A DNA stretch of 64,000 nucleotides from Octopus sinensis (GCF_006345805.1 NC_043017.1:22072001-22136000); one strand, 5' to 3'. Numbered from the stretch's first letter, positions 1 to 14,620 are shown. Numbers and translations are program-made. The notes: generated by a model not told the origin, from the letters alone.

Positions 1-285
1 TCATTGCATGTCACCTTGGGCAAATGTCTTCTACTTTTGCCTCAGTCCACCCAAAGCCTTGTATGTGGATTTGGTAGACAGGAACTGAAAGAAGCCTGTG
101 TGTGTGTGTGTGTGTGTAGTCATATGGTGTGTGTGTATGTGTACATGTGCAGGTATGTGTGTGTCTTTGTGTCTATGTTTATCCCTCACTACCACTTGAC
201 AACCTGTGTTGGTATATCCACATCCCTGTAACTTAGTGGTTTGGCAAAAGAGACTGATAGAACAAGTACCAGGATTTAAAAAGAG
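1..285 (+). mobile_element. SINE family A (tRNA-headed, internal microsatellite), cut by window start
   Basis: Matches the body of the full copy at 45783-46210 (ccttgggcaa..gtggatttggtagac..ctgaaagaagcc, (TG)n, cttgacaacc..aacttag..ggcaaaagagac..gataga). Confidence 0.85.
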
Positions 286-2524
286 ACAAGATAAAAATTC
301 TTCAAACAAATTATGATGAAAATGTTTCATGATGTAGCAGGAACAGAATCCATCATCTTCCTCCTCATCATCATCATCGATTAACGTTTGTTTTCCATGC
401 TGGCATGGGTTGGACGGTTTGACTGAGGTCTGGAGAACCAAAACAAAAAAATCCAATTTACTATTTTTGGTAAACGAGCAGTGCAGTCCTTGCCCACCTA
501 AGATATATAAACCCATATAAACCCTCATATACATCTGAGTCACCATGACATTCATTTTATTTTTGCTGGTAACCATTTTATTTTGCATAGATTGAAAAGA
601 TTAATCCTAATTTCATTCTTATTTCTAGAAAGATTCTACTGTATGTTTAAGATTATTTCAGCAATAAAAGCTGATATAAAGAGAAATAATTGGATGGTCT
701 CTTTTTTTCCCCCCATGCTGCCTTTTTCTTTCCTGTCATTTCATTGTGCTGTATTACTCGTATATTTATGATTTCTATATTTATGAATTTGAGAACGATA
801 AAGATTATGAGATATCAAGAAATTTCAAATTTGAAACGTAAAAAGAACAGTAAAGATACTAATGAATAAAGAGGGGAAAAAGAAAATTTTTTAATACGTA
901 TTGCAGTTTACAGTAAAATTCGGAAAGACTATTGCCTAAAGTGACTACATTAAGTAGGGAGTGACATCTACAGGATAAAACAAGAAGGAAAAAAAGAATG
1001 AAACAAAAATTGGAGGAATATGAAAAATAAAAGCCAAATAAGTATTCAATCATATACTTTATTCTAAATTCCAAATTTGATAATGCTTCCACCATTTTTG
1101 CAAGGTGTTATATTGCTAATATCTAAGATTAATTTTTAGGCTTTCGAGAAAGAAAAGAAATTACAGACCTACCCATTAGTAAGTGGGTGTTTATCTTTGT
1201 TTTCTCATTTTTATTTTTCAACTTGAAATTCCTTTAGGTATTTACAAGTAGCTCTTTACTTCATAAACACTTCTTCTGCCAGAATTTTAACAAGTGCAAA
1301 ATGAGAGAGACAGAGAGAGACAGAGAAGAAATATTCATTTTGTAGTTACTTGTGGAATAAAAGAACAAGAGAAAAATACAGACTTAATGTAAAAAGGACA
1401 ACTTCAGTTGTAAACTGAAGAGGTAAAGTTGGTTGATAAAGAACCAAGTTCAAAGAACTACAAGACGAGACACACTGAACAATTTTTGAGAGGAAACAAC
1501 TAAGAAATTGTATTTTCTGAAGAATTCATTCAATTGGATTTTTTTTAATGAATTTTTATTTCTTTTTATTTATATTTTTATTTATATATCTATCTATTTA
1601 TATATTTATTTATTTACTCTATGAGCAATTCAACAAAGTGTTATTAAGTATCTTGCCTCAACCCCAGCATTTCGCTGAAGATGATAAATTCCGCATACTT
1701 ATTCAGAAGAAATTCGGATGTATTTTTTTTTAAACTTCTTTCATTTTTCTTTTTGCTGATTTTCTTTTGTGGTGGTGGTCGTGGTGGTAGGGTACTATGG
1801 GAAGGATTTTCTCCAACAGTAGTTGAGTTAACAATAAAGAGAGACTAAATCAATAAATAAAATAGATCCCAACTGGTTTGATTTGCAGGAAATACTTTCT
1901 GAACATGTATCTACTTCAGTAAAGATGGATAGACAGTCGAGTTTATGGAAATTACTGACTGTGCATGTTTGCATGACAAAGAGGCCATGTGTGTCTATGT
2001 ATGTGTTTGTGCATGTGTATGTGCATTTATGCATCCATGTGTGTGTTTGTGTGCCTGTGTGTGCATGTGAGTGTTTGGGCAAGTGTGTGCATGTACGCAT
2101 CTATGTGTGTTTGTGTGCCTGTTTGTGCATGCATGCATGTGTGCATGTAAGTATGTATTATGTATGCATATGTTTGTGTGTGTATTTGGGCATGTGTATG
2201 TGGATGTATGCATGCGTGTGCTTGTATGCATACGTTTGTGTTTAAGCTTGTGTATGTACATATGTATGTGTCTGTGTGTGTGTGCTTGTATGTGTGTGTG
2301 TACACATTGGCATCTTGGAAAATATTTGAAAGACTTGATAGAAATTACTACAGAAAAAATATTTAAATATTTGCATTCGTCAATGAATATACAGGAATCA
2401 ATCCAAATAGATAAAAAAGAAAATGTATAACAACAACAACAACAATAATAACAATAATAATCATAATAATAATAACAATAATAATAATAATAATAATAAT
2501 GATAATAATAATAATAATATAATA

Positions 2525-2559
<35 letters not shown>

Positions 2560-3151
2560 GTAGGTCACCTCATATACGAGCAATAAACGAATGATAGATG
2601 AAAGCTGAATGCAAAATAACCTGGTTTAATAATGATTAATCATACAGCAATGACAAGAGAGACAACGACTGCTTGTAATTTAGGGAAAATGCTGGCAATT
2701 CAAGAAGTGTTGGGGTTAAAAGATACATCAAGCCCTTGCATATGACTGGTACTTTGTTTTATTGAACTCGGAGGAATAACAGGCAAAAATTGATCTTGCT
2801 ATGATTTGAATATAGAGCATGGAAGGGTTTGGAGAAACATCACAAGGCATTTTTTGCCCTTTACTCTATCAAACTCTGCCATTCTTCTGTCCCTAAAGAG
2901 ACATAACTAAATACTGAGTGATATTTAGTCAAGTAATTTGCAATTTCTAGTCATTATTATTAGTTTTTACGGAGATATACTTGCATAGCAAGTGACTTGC
3001 AGTGAACAGGTCGCAGTCTCAAAGCGACGAAAATATTTTGACAAATTAAATTTAAATGTTGAAGTGAATCTAACGGTTTTGGTGTGTTTCTTAAATGGCT
3101 TATAAACACCTTCCACGCTGCAACTGATTATTACTTTTATTATATTATTAT

Positions 3152-3520
3152 TGCCTCCGCCTTAGCGAAGGCGGAGGTATCATTTTCAGTTGTATTTATT
3201 TGTTTGTTTGACCATGGACAAAATATCTCAAGAATCGCTGGATGGATTTGGATGAAACTTTCAGAGATGCTTGGCCTTATGACTCGCACAAACTGATTAG
3301 ATTTGAGGATCGATTCAGTACTGGACAAGGATTCTGGATTATTTTTCCCGTTTTTTCTACTGAATTTTTGAGAGAGGTTGGATTCATTTTTCGTATTCTT
3401 CTTTGTGAGAGCAGTCGATTTTATTTCAGATATTCTCATTTTAAAAATCTTTTCCAGCTAATCATTGAGAAAACGTTGGTATTGCCTTGGCAGAAGTTTG
3501 AGATCTCCGAGTGCTCTTGT
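3152..3520 (+). mobile_element. Helentron-associated non-autonomous element (HINE-like)
   Basis: 5' hairpin cctccgcctt-agcg-aaggcggagg, gtttgttt microsatellite, 3' subterminal ccttggc(g)gagg then ctc.gagtgctcttg, inserted in T/A-rich sequence. Second copy at 21987-22485. Family assignment from recalled Helentron architecture. Confidence 0.7.
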
Positions 3521-3589
3521 TATTATTAATACATGTACACCAGATCAGACTGTTGGAACAGAAAACTTCCTCACATCAGGCTACAAGAA

Positions 3590-3950
3590 GTAACCTTAGA
3601 AGCCAAGATCCTTCCTAAGTATCCTAGCTGTCCCTAATAACACTGGGTGTTATGCCTATTTCCTCTATCCATCTGTTCAAATCTTTAAGGATAGTTCCCA
3701 ATGCACCTATAACTACAAGGATACATTTTACCCACACTTTCCATAGTCTCTGTAACTCAATGGCCAAGCCCTAGTACTTCATCATTTGCTTTATATGTTT
3801 GATATTGATTTTCTCATCATTTGGGACTGTAAAGTTAATTATCTGGCATTTTCTATTCTCTTCATCTACTCCCACTAAATCAGGCCTTCCAGCTTCTATT
3901 ACTCTGTCAGTCTGAATGTTAAAGTCCCACGACATCTTATATTTCTTACT
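3590..3950 (-). pseudogene. Degenerate C-terminal restriction-like endonuclease (REL) domain of an R4/Dong-type non-LTR retrotransposon
   Basis: Manual minus-strand translation gives WDFNIQTDRVIEAGRPDLVGVDEENRKCQII...KY*GLAIELQRLWKV..(frameshift)..VVIGALGTI...LLGTARILRK, the typical PD..D/E REL motif. Flanked by (TAA/TAT)n, the known target type of this clade. Confidence 0.8.
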
Positions 3951-4127
3951 ATATTATTATTATAATTTTTTCCTTCTTTTTTCAAATTTTTATCTGTTTC
4001 TTGCCGAGAGTTTTCCTTACACCTAGGTCAGAGAAGCTCATTGTATGAATTCCCAGATTACACATGCAAATTCACAGGTAAATATGTATTTAAAAAATTA
4101 ATAAATAAATAAATTCATAAATGGATG

Positions 4128-4179
<52 letters not shown>

Positions 4180-4838
4180 CATCATCACCATCATGATCAT
4201 GACACATTTTATGCCATGCTGATTGATCCAGGCAATGATTTCCCCAAGACGTTAGGTTAAGCTGAAGAGAATTTTGTGAATGCTTCAACTTATCCTTGTA
4301 CCTAAGGAGAGGTCGATGCAGCCAAACAATTTGAATTGAATAAAAAGAACAATAGAAAAATTATATCCTGTCATCAACAGGGTGGTTGGTGTTAGGGAAG
4401 GGCATCCAGTCATAGAAACCATGCCAAATCAGACTGGAGTCTGGTGCAGCCTTCCAGCTTGCCAGCCCTGGTCAAACCATCCAACCCATGACAGCATGGA
4501 CAACAGACGTTAAAGGACGATAATGATGATGGTGATGGTGATTGTCATTACTGTTATCATTATGGAGGTAACGAGCTAGCAGAATTGTTAGTAAGCCAAG
4601 CACTTCATCAGTCTTAGTCCTGAGTTCAAATTCCACTAAGGTCAACTTTAGCTTTCTTCAAATTGTGAGGTCAATAAATATAGTACCAGTTGAATACTGG
4701 GGGATGATGTAATTTATTGCCCCCTCCCTTTCTGCTAAAATTTGCTGGCCTTGTGCCAAAATTTGAGATCATCATTGTTAATATTGTTGTTGCTGTTGTT
4801 GTTGGTGGTGGTGGTGTTGCTGTTGTTATTGTCATTTA

Positions 4839-4873
<35 letters not shown>

Positions 4874-4931
4874 ATTATTAATTATTATTATTATTAATTA
4901 TCATTATTTTTATTATTATTAATTATCATTA

Positions 4932-4981
<50 letters not shown>

Positions 4982-5664
4982 TATTATTATTGTAGTAATA
5001 CAGTATCAATGATGATATTGATAATAATTATCACAATCAAGACGATAATGATATCAGTGGTGAAGATAATGCGGAGGGGGTAGGAAGAAGATAGAAGATC
5101 ATTATAACACCAATGTTAAAGAGGACGATAATTATTGCGATCGACATGGTGATGACATCAATGATGATGATGAACAGGAAGAAGAGGTGGAAGAAGAGGT
5201 GGGGTTAGGGGGATGACAGTGATGATGATGATGATTATGATGATAATGACCCTGACGATGAGGCAAATGATTGCGGTGGGACTGAATTGTGTCATATCAT
5301 AAATCGATAGTAAGGAGAATCCATTCTGATATCAAACAATAAATTTTAAACCATCAAATACCTCTTTTCCTCTCTCTAAAAGGAAGCAGATTCATTTGTG
5401 GATATTAATGTTTTCAGATCGTTATTTGCAATCATAACTGTCATCAATAGAACCGTTTAATCAATAACAGATCCCATTAGAAATTAATACATTAACAATA
5501 GACAGCAAATATGTGTTGATAGAATGAATGGGTGAGCTATTTAGCTTCATAGCTCATGGGTTGCACAACTTGAAATATTATTTCAAGGCACAGAATTATC
5601 TCTTCAGCGAAGAAGACATAAAACTATCTTATTGGCAATCAGTCAGGGAAATATTTCTTATGAC

Positions 5665-6160
5665 AGGCACAAGCATGGCTGTGTGGTAAGAAGTTTGCTT
5701 TCCAGTCGCCATGGTTCTGAGTTCATTCCCCCCGCGTGGTAGTGGTGCCTTGGGCAAGTGACTTCTACTATAGCCCTGGGCTGACCAAAGTCTTGTGAGT
5801 AGATTTGGTAGACAGAAACTGAAAGATGTCCATAGTGTATGTGTGTGTGTGTGTGTTAGTGTGTGCTTGTGTGTGTATGTGAATGCACACACGTGTGTAT
5901 GTGCTTGTGTGTGTGTATGCATGCATATGTGTGTGTGTTTGTGTCTTTGATTATCCCCCACCAATGTTTGACAACCAGTGTTGGTGGGTTTGCATCCTCA
6001 TAGCTTAGTGGTTCAGCAAAAGGAACCAATAGAGTAAGTCCTAGACTTTAAATAAAATAAGTACTGGGGTCGAATCATTCAACTAAAATACTTGAAGGTG
6101 TTGCCCCAGCATGGCCCCACTCAGCCTAATGACTGAAACAAGTAAAAGATAAAAGATAGA
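5665..6160 (+). mobile_element. SINE family A copy
   Basis: tRNA-like head tggctgtgtggtaagaag..ggttctgagttca, internal (TG)n, 3' end gactgaaacaagtaaaag. Confidence 0.85.
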
Positions 6161-6539
6161 ATCCGGTGAGGGTTGGTGAAAGGAAGGGCATCCATCTGTA
6201 GGAAATCTGCCTCAACAAATATCCTCTAACCTGTGCAAGCATGAAAAAATGGACGTTAGATGATGATAAGGATGAGGATGATAAATATTTCTCAGTCTCT
6301 AAGAAGCTTTTATGATTAGTTCTTAGGCAGCTTTGGATTCCATGGGGTGAAATGAATGAAACAAAGAATTTGTTCTGCTGGATATGACAATGGTTAACTG
6401 CAAATAACATTCTCATATAATCAGTCAAGTAACACAATAGACCCATCTATCCAGATAAATTGTCTCTACAAGGAGTGTGTATTTAAAACCAAGACAAGCT
6501 GGTTATAGTATATAAAAAAATAAAAACGTCCAACCGGAT

Positions 6540-6800
6540 TCTTCATTGCAGATACAGATGAAACCAGGCTATATTTCAAAGGTTTGGTCTCTTGGTATTT
6601 ATGAAGAGAAGCCAAAAATGAAGAATATTCTGGCAATTTTCCTAAACTCCATGGGGTGTCCATATGATAGAAATCATTATCAGAATAACAACTAAGAAGG
6701 GAAATTCTAAATTACTAGGGAAAATAGGTTGAGTGTCCTTGAAGAGGAATTACAGAGAAAAGTGTGTTGTTATTGATAATACCATCTTATGGTGGAAAAG
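6540..6800 (+). pseudogene. Possible decayed pogo/Tigger-like DDE transposase fragment
   Basis: gatgaaaccaggctatatttcaaa = DETRLYFK (cf. pogo DETGLFYK). Downstream, a frameshifted RKV..LLIDN-like segment resembles the second catalytic-D motif. Heavily disrupted. Confidence 0.4.
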
Positions 6801-7009
6801 GCTGCCTTGATAGAAATGGAAATAACCAGGCAACAGAATGGTTTGTATATTGTCAATAGAGGAATGAGACAATTGGGCACAGCTGCTTAGGCATTGGGGA
6901 TTTGGTGTGGCTGACTAAACATTCAACCTGTTTTAGTAATTTGATTTTGGTGCTGGAGGCAATCAAGTGCATATGCATGTGCAGAAATATACACATAAAT
7001 ATGGTTGTG

Positions 7010-7330
7010 GGTATGGCTGTGTGTAAATAAACTTGCTCCCCAACCACATGGTTCCAGGTTCAGTCCTACTGCATGGCAATTTGGGTAAGTGTCTTTTTTT
7101 ATAGCTTTTGGACAATGCAAGCCTTGTGAGTGGATTTGGCCAATGGAAACTGAAAGAAGCTTGTGTGTGTGTGTGTCTGACAACCATTGTTGGTGTGCTT
7201 AATAGTGTAGAATAAGTACTACACTAGAAAAAAAAGGCAAAAAATTATTCTTGGAGCTGATTTGTTTCACTAGAATTCTTCAAAATGGTGCCCCAGCATG
7301 GCCAGTCTAATGGCTGAAAGAAGTAAAATT
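7010..7330 (+). mobile_element. SINE family A copy (internally deleted)
   Basis: Head, body and 3' end similar to 45783-46210. Confidence 0.8.
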
Positions 7331-8102
7331 TAAAAAAGAAAAAGAGAAAGAGAGAGAGTAAGAAAGAGTCTGCCAGATCAAGACTGGAGCCTGGTGCAGC
7401 CATCTGGTTGCCAGCCCTCAGTCAAAATCGTCCAACCCATGCTAGCATGGAAAACTGACGTTAAATGATGATGATGATGATGATGATTAACTGAACGCAA
7501 TTGATATCATCATCATCATCATCATCATCATCATTTGTTGTCTGCTTTTCATGCTGGCATGGGTTGGACAGTCTGATAGGAGCTGGCATATCAGAAGACT
7601 GCATCAACCTTTACAATCTGCTCTGGAATGATTTCAATGGTCAGATGCCCTTTCTTACCCCAATCCCTTAACTGAGTGCACTGGGTGCTTTTTGCCAGAC
7701 ACCAACAACAGTGAGGCTACCAAATAATTTACAAGACAAAGAGCCCTCAACTAGTAGGTGGGGTGAAAGTGGGGGCAATATTGAGGAAGTTGCCTTTTGT
7801 GCCAGATGAGTGGTTTGAGTATGAGAGGAGAGAGAGAGAGAGAGAAATAGTGTCATGTTCAGTTGAGGAGATCCATGGCCACCTCAGCTGGTGAGAGAGA
7901 AGGCAAGGGAAGAGAAGAAAAGATGGTGAACACTTGCAGTTTTCTTCTCAGAAGGATTTGGTCAGACACATAAACAGCAGGAGAGAGAAGTGGGGAGAAA
8001 CTAATAATAATAAAGAAGTGAAATACAATCAGTGTATTTTATTGGCATAATGTCCCTCCTGAGATACAATATACATATATATATTTTTTTTTTCTTTTCT
8101 TT

Positions 8103-8491
8103 CTTTTACTTGTTTCAGTTATTTGGCTGTGGCTATGCTGGAGCACCGCCTTTAGTCGAGCAAATCGATCCCAGAGCTTATTCTGTGTAAGCCTAGTACT
8201 TATTCTATCGGTCTCTTTTGCTGAACCACTAAGTTACAGGGACGTAAACACACAAGCATCGGCTGTCAAGCGATGTAGGGGGGACAAACATGGACACACA
8301 AACACATACACACACACATATATATACATATACGACAGGCTTCTTTCAGTTTCCATCTACCAAATCCATTCACAAGGCTTTGGTTAGCCCAAGGCTATAG
8401 CAGAAGACACTTGCCCAAGGTGTCACACAGCGGGACTGAACCCATGACCATGTGGTTGGTAAGCAAGCTACTTACCACACTGCCACTCCTG
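8103..8491 (-). mobile_element. SINE family A copy
   Basis: Full-length reverse-complement match to 45783-46210. Confidence 0.9.
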
Positions 8492-8793
8492 AACTCAACA
8501 CATTTGATGCATAGTTTTCACATATAACTTTTACATGTAATTCTATTCATTTATCTCCATAAATCTATAAGTATATTTATTTCGTTGTTTGCTCCAAAAT
8601 TATGCTTTGGAATTTGTGCTGATTGCCTAGATGTGTTCCTTCACTAATTTCTCTTATCCTTTGATTTTGCTTGCAAAGAGCACTTCTTAATACAGCCCAT
8701 ATATTGTGAAATATACTTAAAAACATACTTTATAAGAAAATTTAACTATATATCATATATATATATATATATGTATGTATATGTATGCCCGTG

Positions 8794-8829
<36 letters not shown>

Positions 8830-8933
8830 CCGGAGTAAACACATAAATGTGAAACAAGGTGGAAAAAAGAGTACTCAAATACCAGTGGTAGAATAATATG
8901 CTTTATTTAAAGCAGCAGAAAATTCAACAAAAC

Positions 8934-8971
8934 CTGTTACTCTGAGATTCACGTTCCCGTTCGTCGGACAG
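8934..8971 (-). ncRNA. Minimal type I hammerhead ribozyme-like motif (CCGACGA core variant)
   Basis: Minus strand reads ctgt CCGACGA acg-ggaa-cgt GAAt ctc-a-gag TA acag, so stems I, II and III all pair. A15.1 is changed to U here, but the inverted partial copy at 8978-9005 has GAAA. Confidence 0.6.
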
Positions 8972-9002
8972 CAAAAACTGCCCGACGAATAGGAACGTGA
9001 AA

Positions 9003-9042
<40 letters not shown>

Positions 9043-9681
9043 TGCATCTATATATAATGTCTATAATACCACCAAATTTTACAGCTATTTGCATAGACGA
9101 TCTCAACATAATAATACACAAATATATACACAATAAATTTGTATAGATGGATACATATATACATAATAATGAAAAGAATACTTCACACACACAACACATG
9201 CAAACATACATACACACAGTTCTATACAGAATTGTACACCTTCTCTATGCATTCAATGTGTATGTAATGTATGTATGTATGTATGTATGTATGCATGTGT
9301 GTGTGTGTATTCACATAAAACTACAAACACTGTACAACTATCAGCATGCAAAACATCAATGAAACACTGCACAACTGCATGCATGAAAAAGATTCAAGCA
9401 TATACGTAACAATGACAAGAATACTTGACTTATGAGCACAATGTTATGTAGAATGACTATCCTGTTGAAGTGGATTGTGATGAATGTGAGGAGATGATTT
9501 AAGAGGACGTCTACACGCAGGCTTCGCACATGCACAACCGCCGACTCATGCTTTCAAATGATGGGGTTCAGATAATATTTGTATATTCATACACCCCGCA
9601 CAACTGCTGCAGATTCGAGTGCAGAGATGTGGTGTCTTCCAGACAACTACATATACGTATTAGCACACACACACATACATA

Positions 9682-9727
<46 letters not shown>

Positions 9728-9817
9728 TTTATACATACATATATATACATATACATGCATATATACATACATACGCACAGACATGCATATATGTACATTG
9801 ACATGTACATATGTGTG

Positions 9818-9855
<38 letters not shown>

Positions 9856-9989
9856 AAAGTACACAAAATATATTTATATAACATATATATATGAATATAT
9901 GTGCAAATGTGTATGTATATATATATATATATGCATATATGCTTAATATATGTAAACTAATATATATACATGCTTTATAATGGCAATAA

Positions 9990-10033
<44 letters not shown>

Positions 10034-10185
10034 ATATTATATGTGTGTGTGTGTGTGTGTGTGTATTTATACAAATGTATATATGTAAGCAATATATGTC
10101 TATGTTTATATTTATATAAAGGTATGTATATATATGTATATATACTGCATGTATATATGTGTGTGTGTGTGAAGTATTCTCTTCA

Positions 10186-10270
<85 letters not shown>

Positions 10271-12479
10271 ATATGTATATATATGTGTGCATATATATAT
10301 ATAGACACACACACACACTTACTGAAACCAATGTGTATTGATATATAAATAATGTAAATGTACCCACTTGCACAGACACAGTCTAAGTAGCAGGGGCTGT
10401 TCACAGAATGTGGTTAGCTTGACAACCTGTCTGTTTTACTATTGTAATTCTTTTATTCTAGCATTCCTATCAGTTGGCACTGTTAGCAAGCTATTGAATT
10501 TCCGTGGAAACGGTAAGCAACATCTTCTGTCTCATTATGTTTCTTCCTTATGGAAAGAATATTAAATAGTCACTCAGGTGGGGAAGGATGTAATCCAATC
10601 AGCATACAAATAAGAAGGCAGAAATACATAAATATTGGTTGGTGATAAATATATGGTTTGTTAACTTAAAGTGCAACAGTTCAAATCCTGCTGAGGTCAG
10701 CTTAACTTTTCATTCACTCTGGAATTAGATAATATGGTTTCAAATTTTGGTACAAGGCTTGCAACTTCAGGCAAGGGGCTAAGTCGATTGCATCAACCTC
10801 AGTACTCAGCTGGTACCAATTTTATCGACGTTGGAAGGATGAAGGGTAAAGTCAGCCTTGGCAGAATTTGAACGAAGAATGTAAAGACGGAAGAAATATC
10901 ACTAAGCATTTTGTCCAATTTGTTGATGATTCAACCAGCCCATTTTACAGGAATTCGATAATATGAAATTCAATGCATCTTCACTACAAACTTTCTCACC
11001 ACTGCTCTCTCTGACTTAATCTCTCACTCAGCCAGGCTCTTTACCTTAGTCTCTCACTCAGCCATGCATTTATCACCATCATACAAATGGTTATATTCAT
11101 TTCTAATCCTCCATGAAAGTATGTCCAGCTATGGGGAAGTGTTACTTTACTTGGAAGCCAATGAGCATTGGTGACAGGAAGAGCATCCAGTCTGAGAAAA
11201 TCTGCCTCAACAAATTCCACCTGATTCATGGAAGAATGAAAATGGGGATGCTGAAATGATAATTATGGTGGTGGTGGTGGTAGTTGGTGGTGGTGGTGGT
11301 GGTGATGGTGGTGGTGGTGGTGTGGTGGTGGTGATGGTGGTGGTGGTGGTGGTGATGGTTGTGGTAAAATGGAAAATGCTACAGAGTAATTAACAATTAA
11401 TTAATTACAATTATTTTCTTAGAGAAGCTCTAAAATAGTATTTTACTTTTATTGGTAACCTCACCCAGTTCTGTTATGCAGTTAAATGTCGATCCATTTA
11501 TTTATCATTTCAGACATGAAATTCGATTTTTTTTCATACTCAATCTCCCTATTTCACCTTCGAAGCTTCCTTAAAAGTATTTCTGACCCTAATTGAATAA
11601 CCAAACATTAAATTCTTCAACAGAGATGTATATTTATGTAGGCGTATATCTGTCTATGTACGTACATATGTTTGTAATTGTGTGTGTCTCTGAGAAAAAT
11701 CTTTTGATTTTCAATACGACCAACATAAGATTTAAGGTATTGGTGTCAGAGCAGTCACGTGCCTGTAATTATTTCCTGCCGGTTCATGTCTTGGAATTTT
11801 CTTGACTCTCATGCTCTGTTTTCTAAATAACCCTTAAAGCAATAATTGACAATGTTTCCAAACATCTAAAGTTTCACAGTTAATGTGATAATTTCTCAGC
11901 TGGACAAATGAATTTGTATCAAGTTAATCAACTTTTAACACCTTAACGATTGAGAAATACCAACCTTCTTGAAGCCTGCTCAAAGAATTCTCAATGACAC
12001 AAATAAATTCTGCAAAGACCGAATTTAATTTCGTTTCGTTATCAGAGAATAATTCATCTACAATAATTAGCAACTAAAATTACAGCACTAAGAATAGCCA
12101 AAAATAAAAACCCACATCAAAACATTAGAAGATTATTGCTGTGTATCATCAATCTTGCTGCTACTATAATTCCCTTCAATCAATTACAGGAACTGCATTT
12201 GCAGTGGCAAGGGCAAGAAGAGTGAACCTGTGCAACTTTGGTAGAACAAATACCAAATGGGATTTCTGTATGAAAGCACCGATTTATCACTTTTATCACC
12301 AATGTTTACATCCTTCTTGATACCAAGGAGGAAACCATATTGATCCCTAGTCACTGTGAGGTATTGAACTTTCTAGTTCTCACAACAAATGCTTACTCTA
12401 CAAACTCTTTATTGAGTGATGTCTACCTTAGAGTAGTAGCATTAAGTAGAACTTACAGTGATATATATATATATATATA

Positions 12480-12670
12480 AAGGGAAAGATTACGAAAAGA
12501 AGCAAAAGACGAAGGCAGGTGGAGTACAAACAAACAAATGTATTAGTATAGCGCTCAGGAATAGAAAAAGTCTTTTACGTTTCGAGCCTATGCTCTTTGA
12601 CAGAAAGATACACAGAAAAAAAAACAAGGAGAGAAAAAAATGCATGTAGGAGCTAATGATCTATCATGGC
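12480..12670 (-). mobile_element. Short Penelope-like cassette with HHR-like motif, next to (TA)n
   Basis: Homologous to 55595-55785 and related to 38982-39198. HHR-like motif at 12571-12608. Confidence 0.65.
12571..12608 (-). ncRNA. Degenerate minimal hammerhead motif
   Basis: tcttt CTGTCAA a gagc-atag-gctc GAAA cg TA aaaga. Stems are intact, core is changed at positions 6 and 8, so probably inactive. Confidence 0.5.
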
Positions 12671-13087
12671 GTCATTTGAAGGCTAAAACAATGCGAAGCA
12701 CATTGTGACCAGTGATGTGTAGCAACATCTGATAGCCTGGTCGGTCACGGTGATCACGGTGATATATATATATATATATACATGTGCATCTGTGTTTGCC
12801 CCTCTGTCACTGCTCAACAACTGGTGTTGGTGTGTTTACATCCCTGTAACTTAGGAGTTCAGCAAAAGAGACTGTAAGAATAAGTACTTGGCTTTAAAAA
12901 AATATATATATAAGTGCTGGGGTCGATTTGTTTGGCTAAAACCCTTCAAAGTGATGTGCCAGCATGGTCGTTGTCAAATGATTGAAGCAAATAGAAGAAT
13001 GAAAGAATTGTAAATACACATTTATATATACATACATACAATGGTTTCTTGCACATTTTCCAGTAACTAAATTTCACTCACAAGATA

Positions 13088-13486
13088 TTCTTTTCTACTT
13101 TAGGCACAAGGCTTGAAATTTTGTGGAAGGGGGGCCAGTCAGTTAGATTGACCCCAGCACACATCTGGTACTTAATTTATCAACCCCAAAAGGATAAAAA
13201 CAAAAGTCAGCCTTGGCAGAATTTGAACTCAGAATGTAGAGACAGATGAAATACCTATTTCTTTACTACCCACAAGGGACTAAACACAGAGAAGGCAAAC
13301 AAGGACAGACAAACGGATTGAGTCGATTATATTGACCCCAGTACGTAACTGGTACTTTATTTATCGACCCCGAAAGGATGAAAGGTAAAGTCAACCTCGG
13401 CGGAATTTGAACTCAGAACGTAACGGCAGACGATGTACCGCTAAACATTTCGCCCGGCGCGCTAACGTTTCTGCCAGCGTGCCGCC
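13088..13486 (-). mobile_element. SINE family B dimer with 16-bp target-site duplication
   Basis: tRNA-like head ggcggc..ctggcagaa..gagttcaaattcc and central block gcctttcatcctttcggggtcgataaa..gtaccag (resembles the Meta/Sauria-type SINE central domain). TSD tttcactc(a/g)caagata at 13072-13087 and 13487-13502. Confidence 0.85.
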
Positions 13487-14367
13487 TTTCACTCGCAAGA
13501 TAATAAAGGAAAACTGAAACCCCTGGTAGAAGACAGTCAGCCAAGATACTACAGTGTGATATTGAACACAGACCGATGTAACTTCAAAGTGATATTCTTG
13601 ACGGCAGCCAGGAATCTTTATCTTGTGTGAGTACTTACAAATCCTTAGTAACAAACCTGTCTTTTAGAAGAAACTCCAGAGAAACAGAAATTCATTCTTT
13701 TAAGTTGATTCTGTGAAGAAACATTATCAAAAGGCAACACCATAAAACTACAAATGAACTATAGCGAACATTTCTAATACGAATAGCAGTGTTATAAAGC
13801 ATCATTTCTCATCATTATTTATCTATTTATTAATGATTTATTTATTTGATTATTTATCAATTCATTCGTATTTATTGTTGCTTGTTTATTTATTAATGCG
13901 TTTTAGGTATTTTGTTGTTGTTGTTGTTGTTGTAGTTGTTGTTTGTTGTTAATTTCTGATTGGATCTTCATCTCTGCATTTTTTTTTTTTCCTTTCGTAA
14001 AACCAGTTAAAATGTCAGATTAAATCTTTGTAACAAAATAAATAATTTGAATATTCTAAACTTCAATGACAGCTAGTCTCTATTAAGGCTATAAAGCATT
14101 ACAGTAATTTTTACTGTGTTTCTTCAAAATAAAATAGAAATAAAGTAGTGAGTAAATCTGACATAACAGCTCTCGTTTCTGATTACGGCCAGGAAGGAAA
14201 GGGAAAAGGGAGAGAGAGAGGAAAGGAAGGAGAGGGAAGAGGGAGGGAGGGAGAGAGATTGCTGGCTTTTGTTTGGTTATGTCATTTTTGCTTAGGTCAA
14301 AATGATTTAAATAAATTATGAGGTTAGCTAATCAACAATTACTAGACAGATAAGACAGATAGAATGG

Positions 14368-14373
14368 AGATAG

Positions 14374-14404
<31 letters not shown>

Positions 14405-14421
14405 CATAGATACATAAAGTG

Positions 14422-14452
<31 letters not shown>

Positions 14453-14481
14453 AATAGATAGATACATAGATACATAAAGTG

Positions 14482-14512
<31 letters not shown>

Positions 14513-14532
14513 GATACATAGATACATAAAGT

Positions 14533-14568
<36 letters not shown>

Positions 14569-14620
14569 CATACATACATAAAGTGATAGATAGATAGATA
14601 GATAGAAAGAGAGAGAGACA
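14368..14620. repeat. (GATA)n microsatellite with higher-order unit ending gatacatagatacataaagt
   Basis: The interrupting motif recurs about 4 times at 50-60 bp spacing. Confidence 0.9.

Noticed and set aside
1668-1730. CTGAAGA...GAA hammerhead candidate (similarly near 4262 and 5603)
   Set aside because: Stems I and III cannot be formed consistently.
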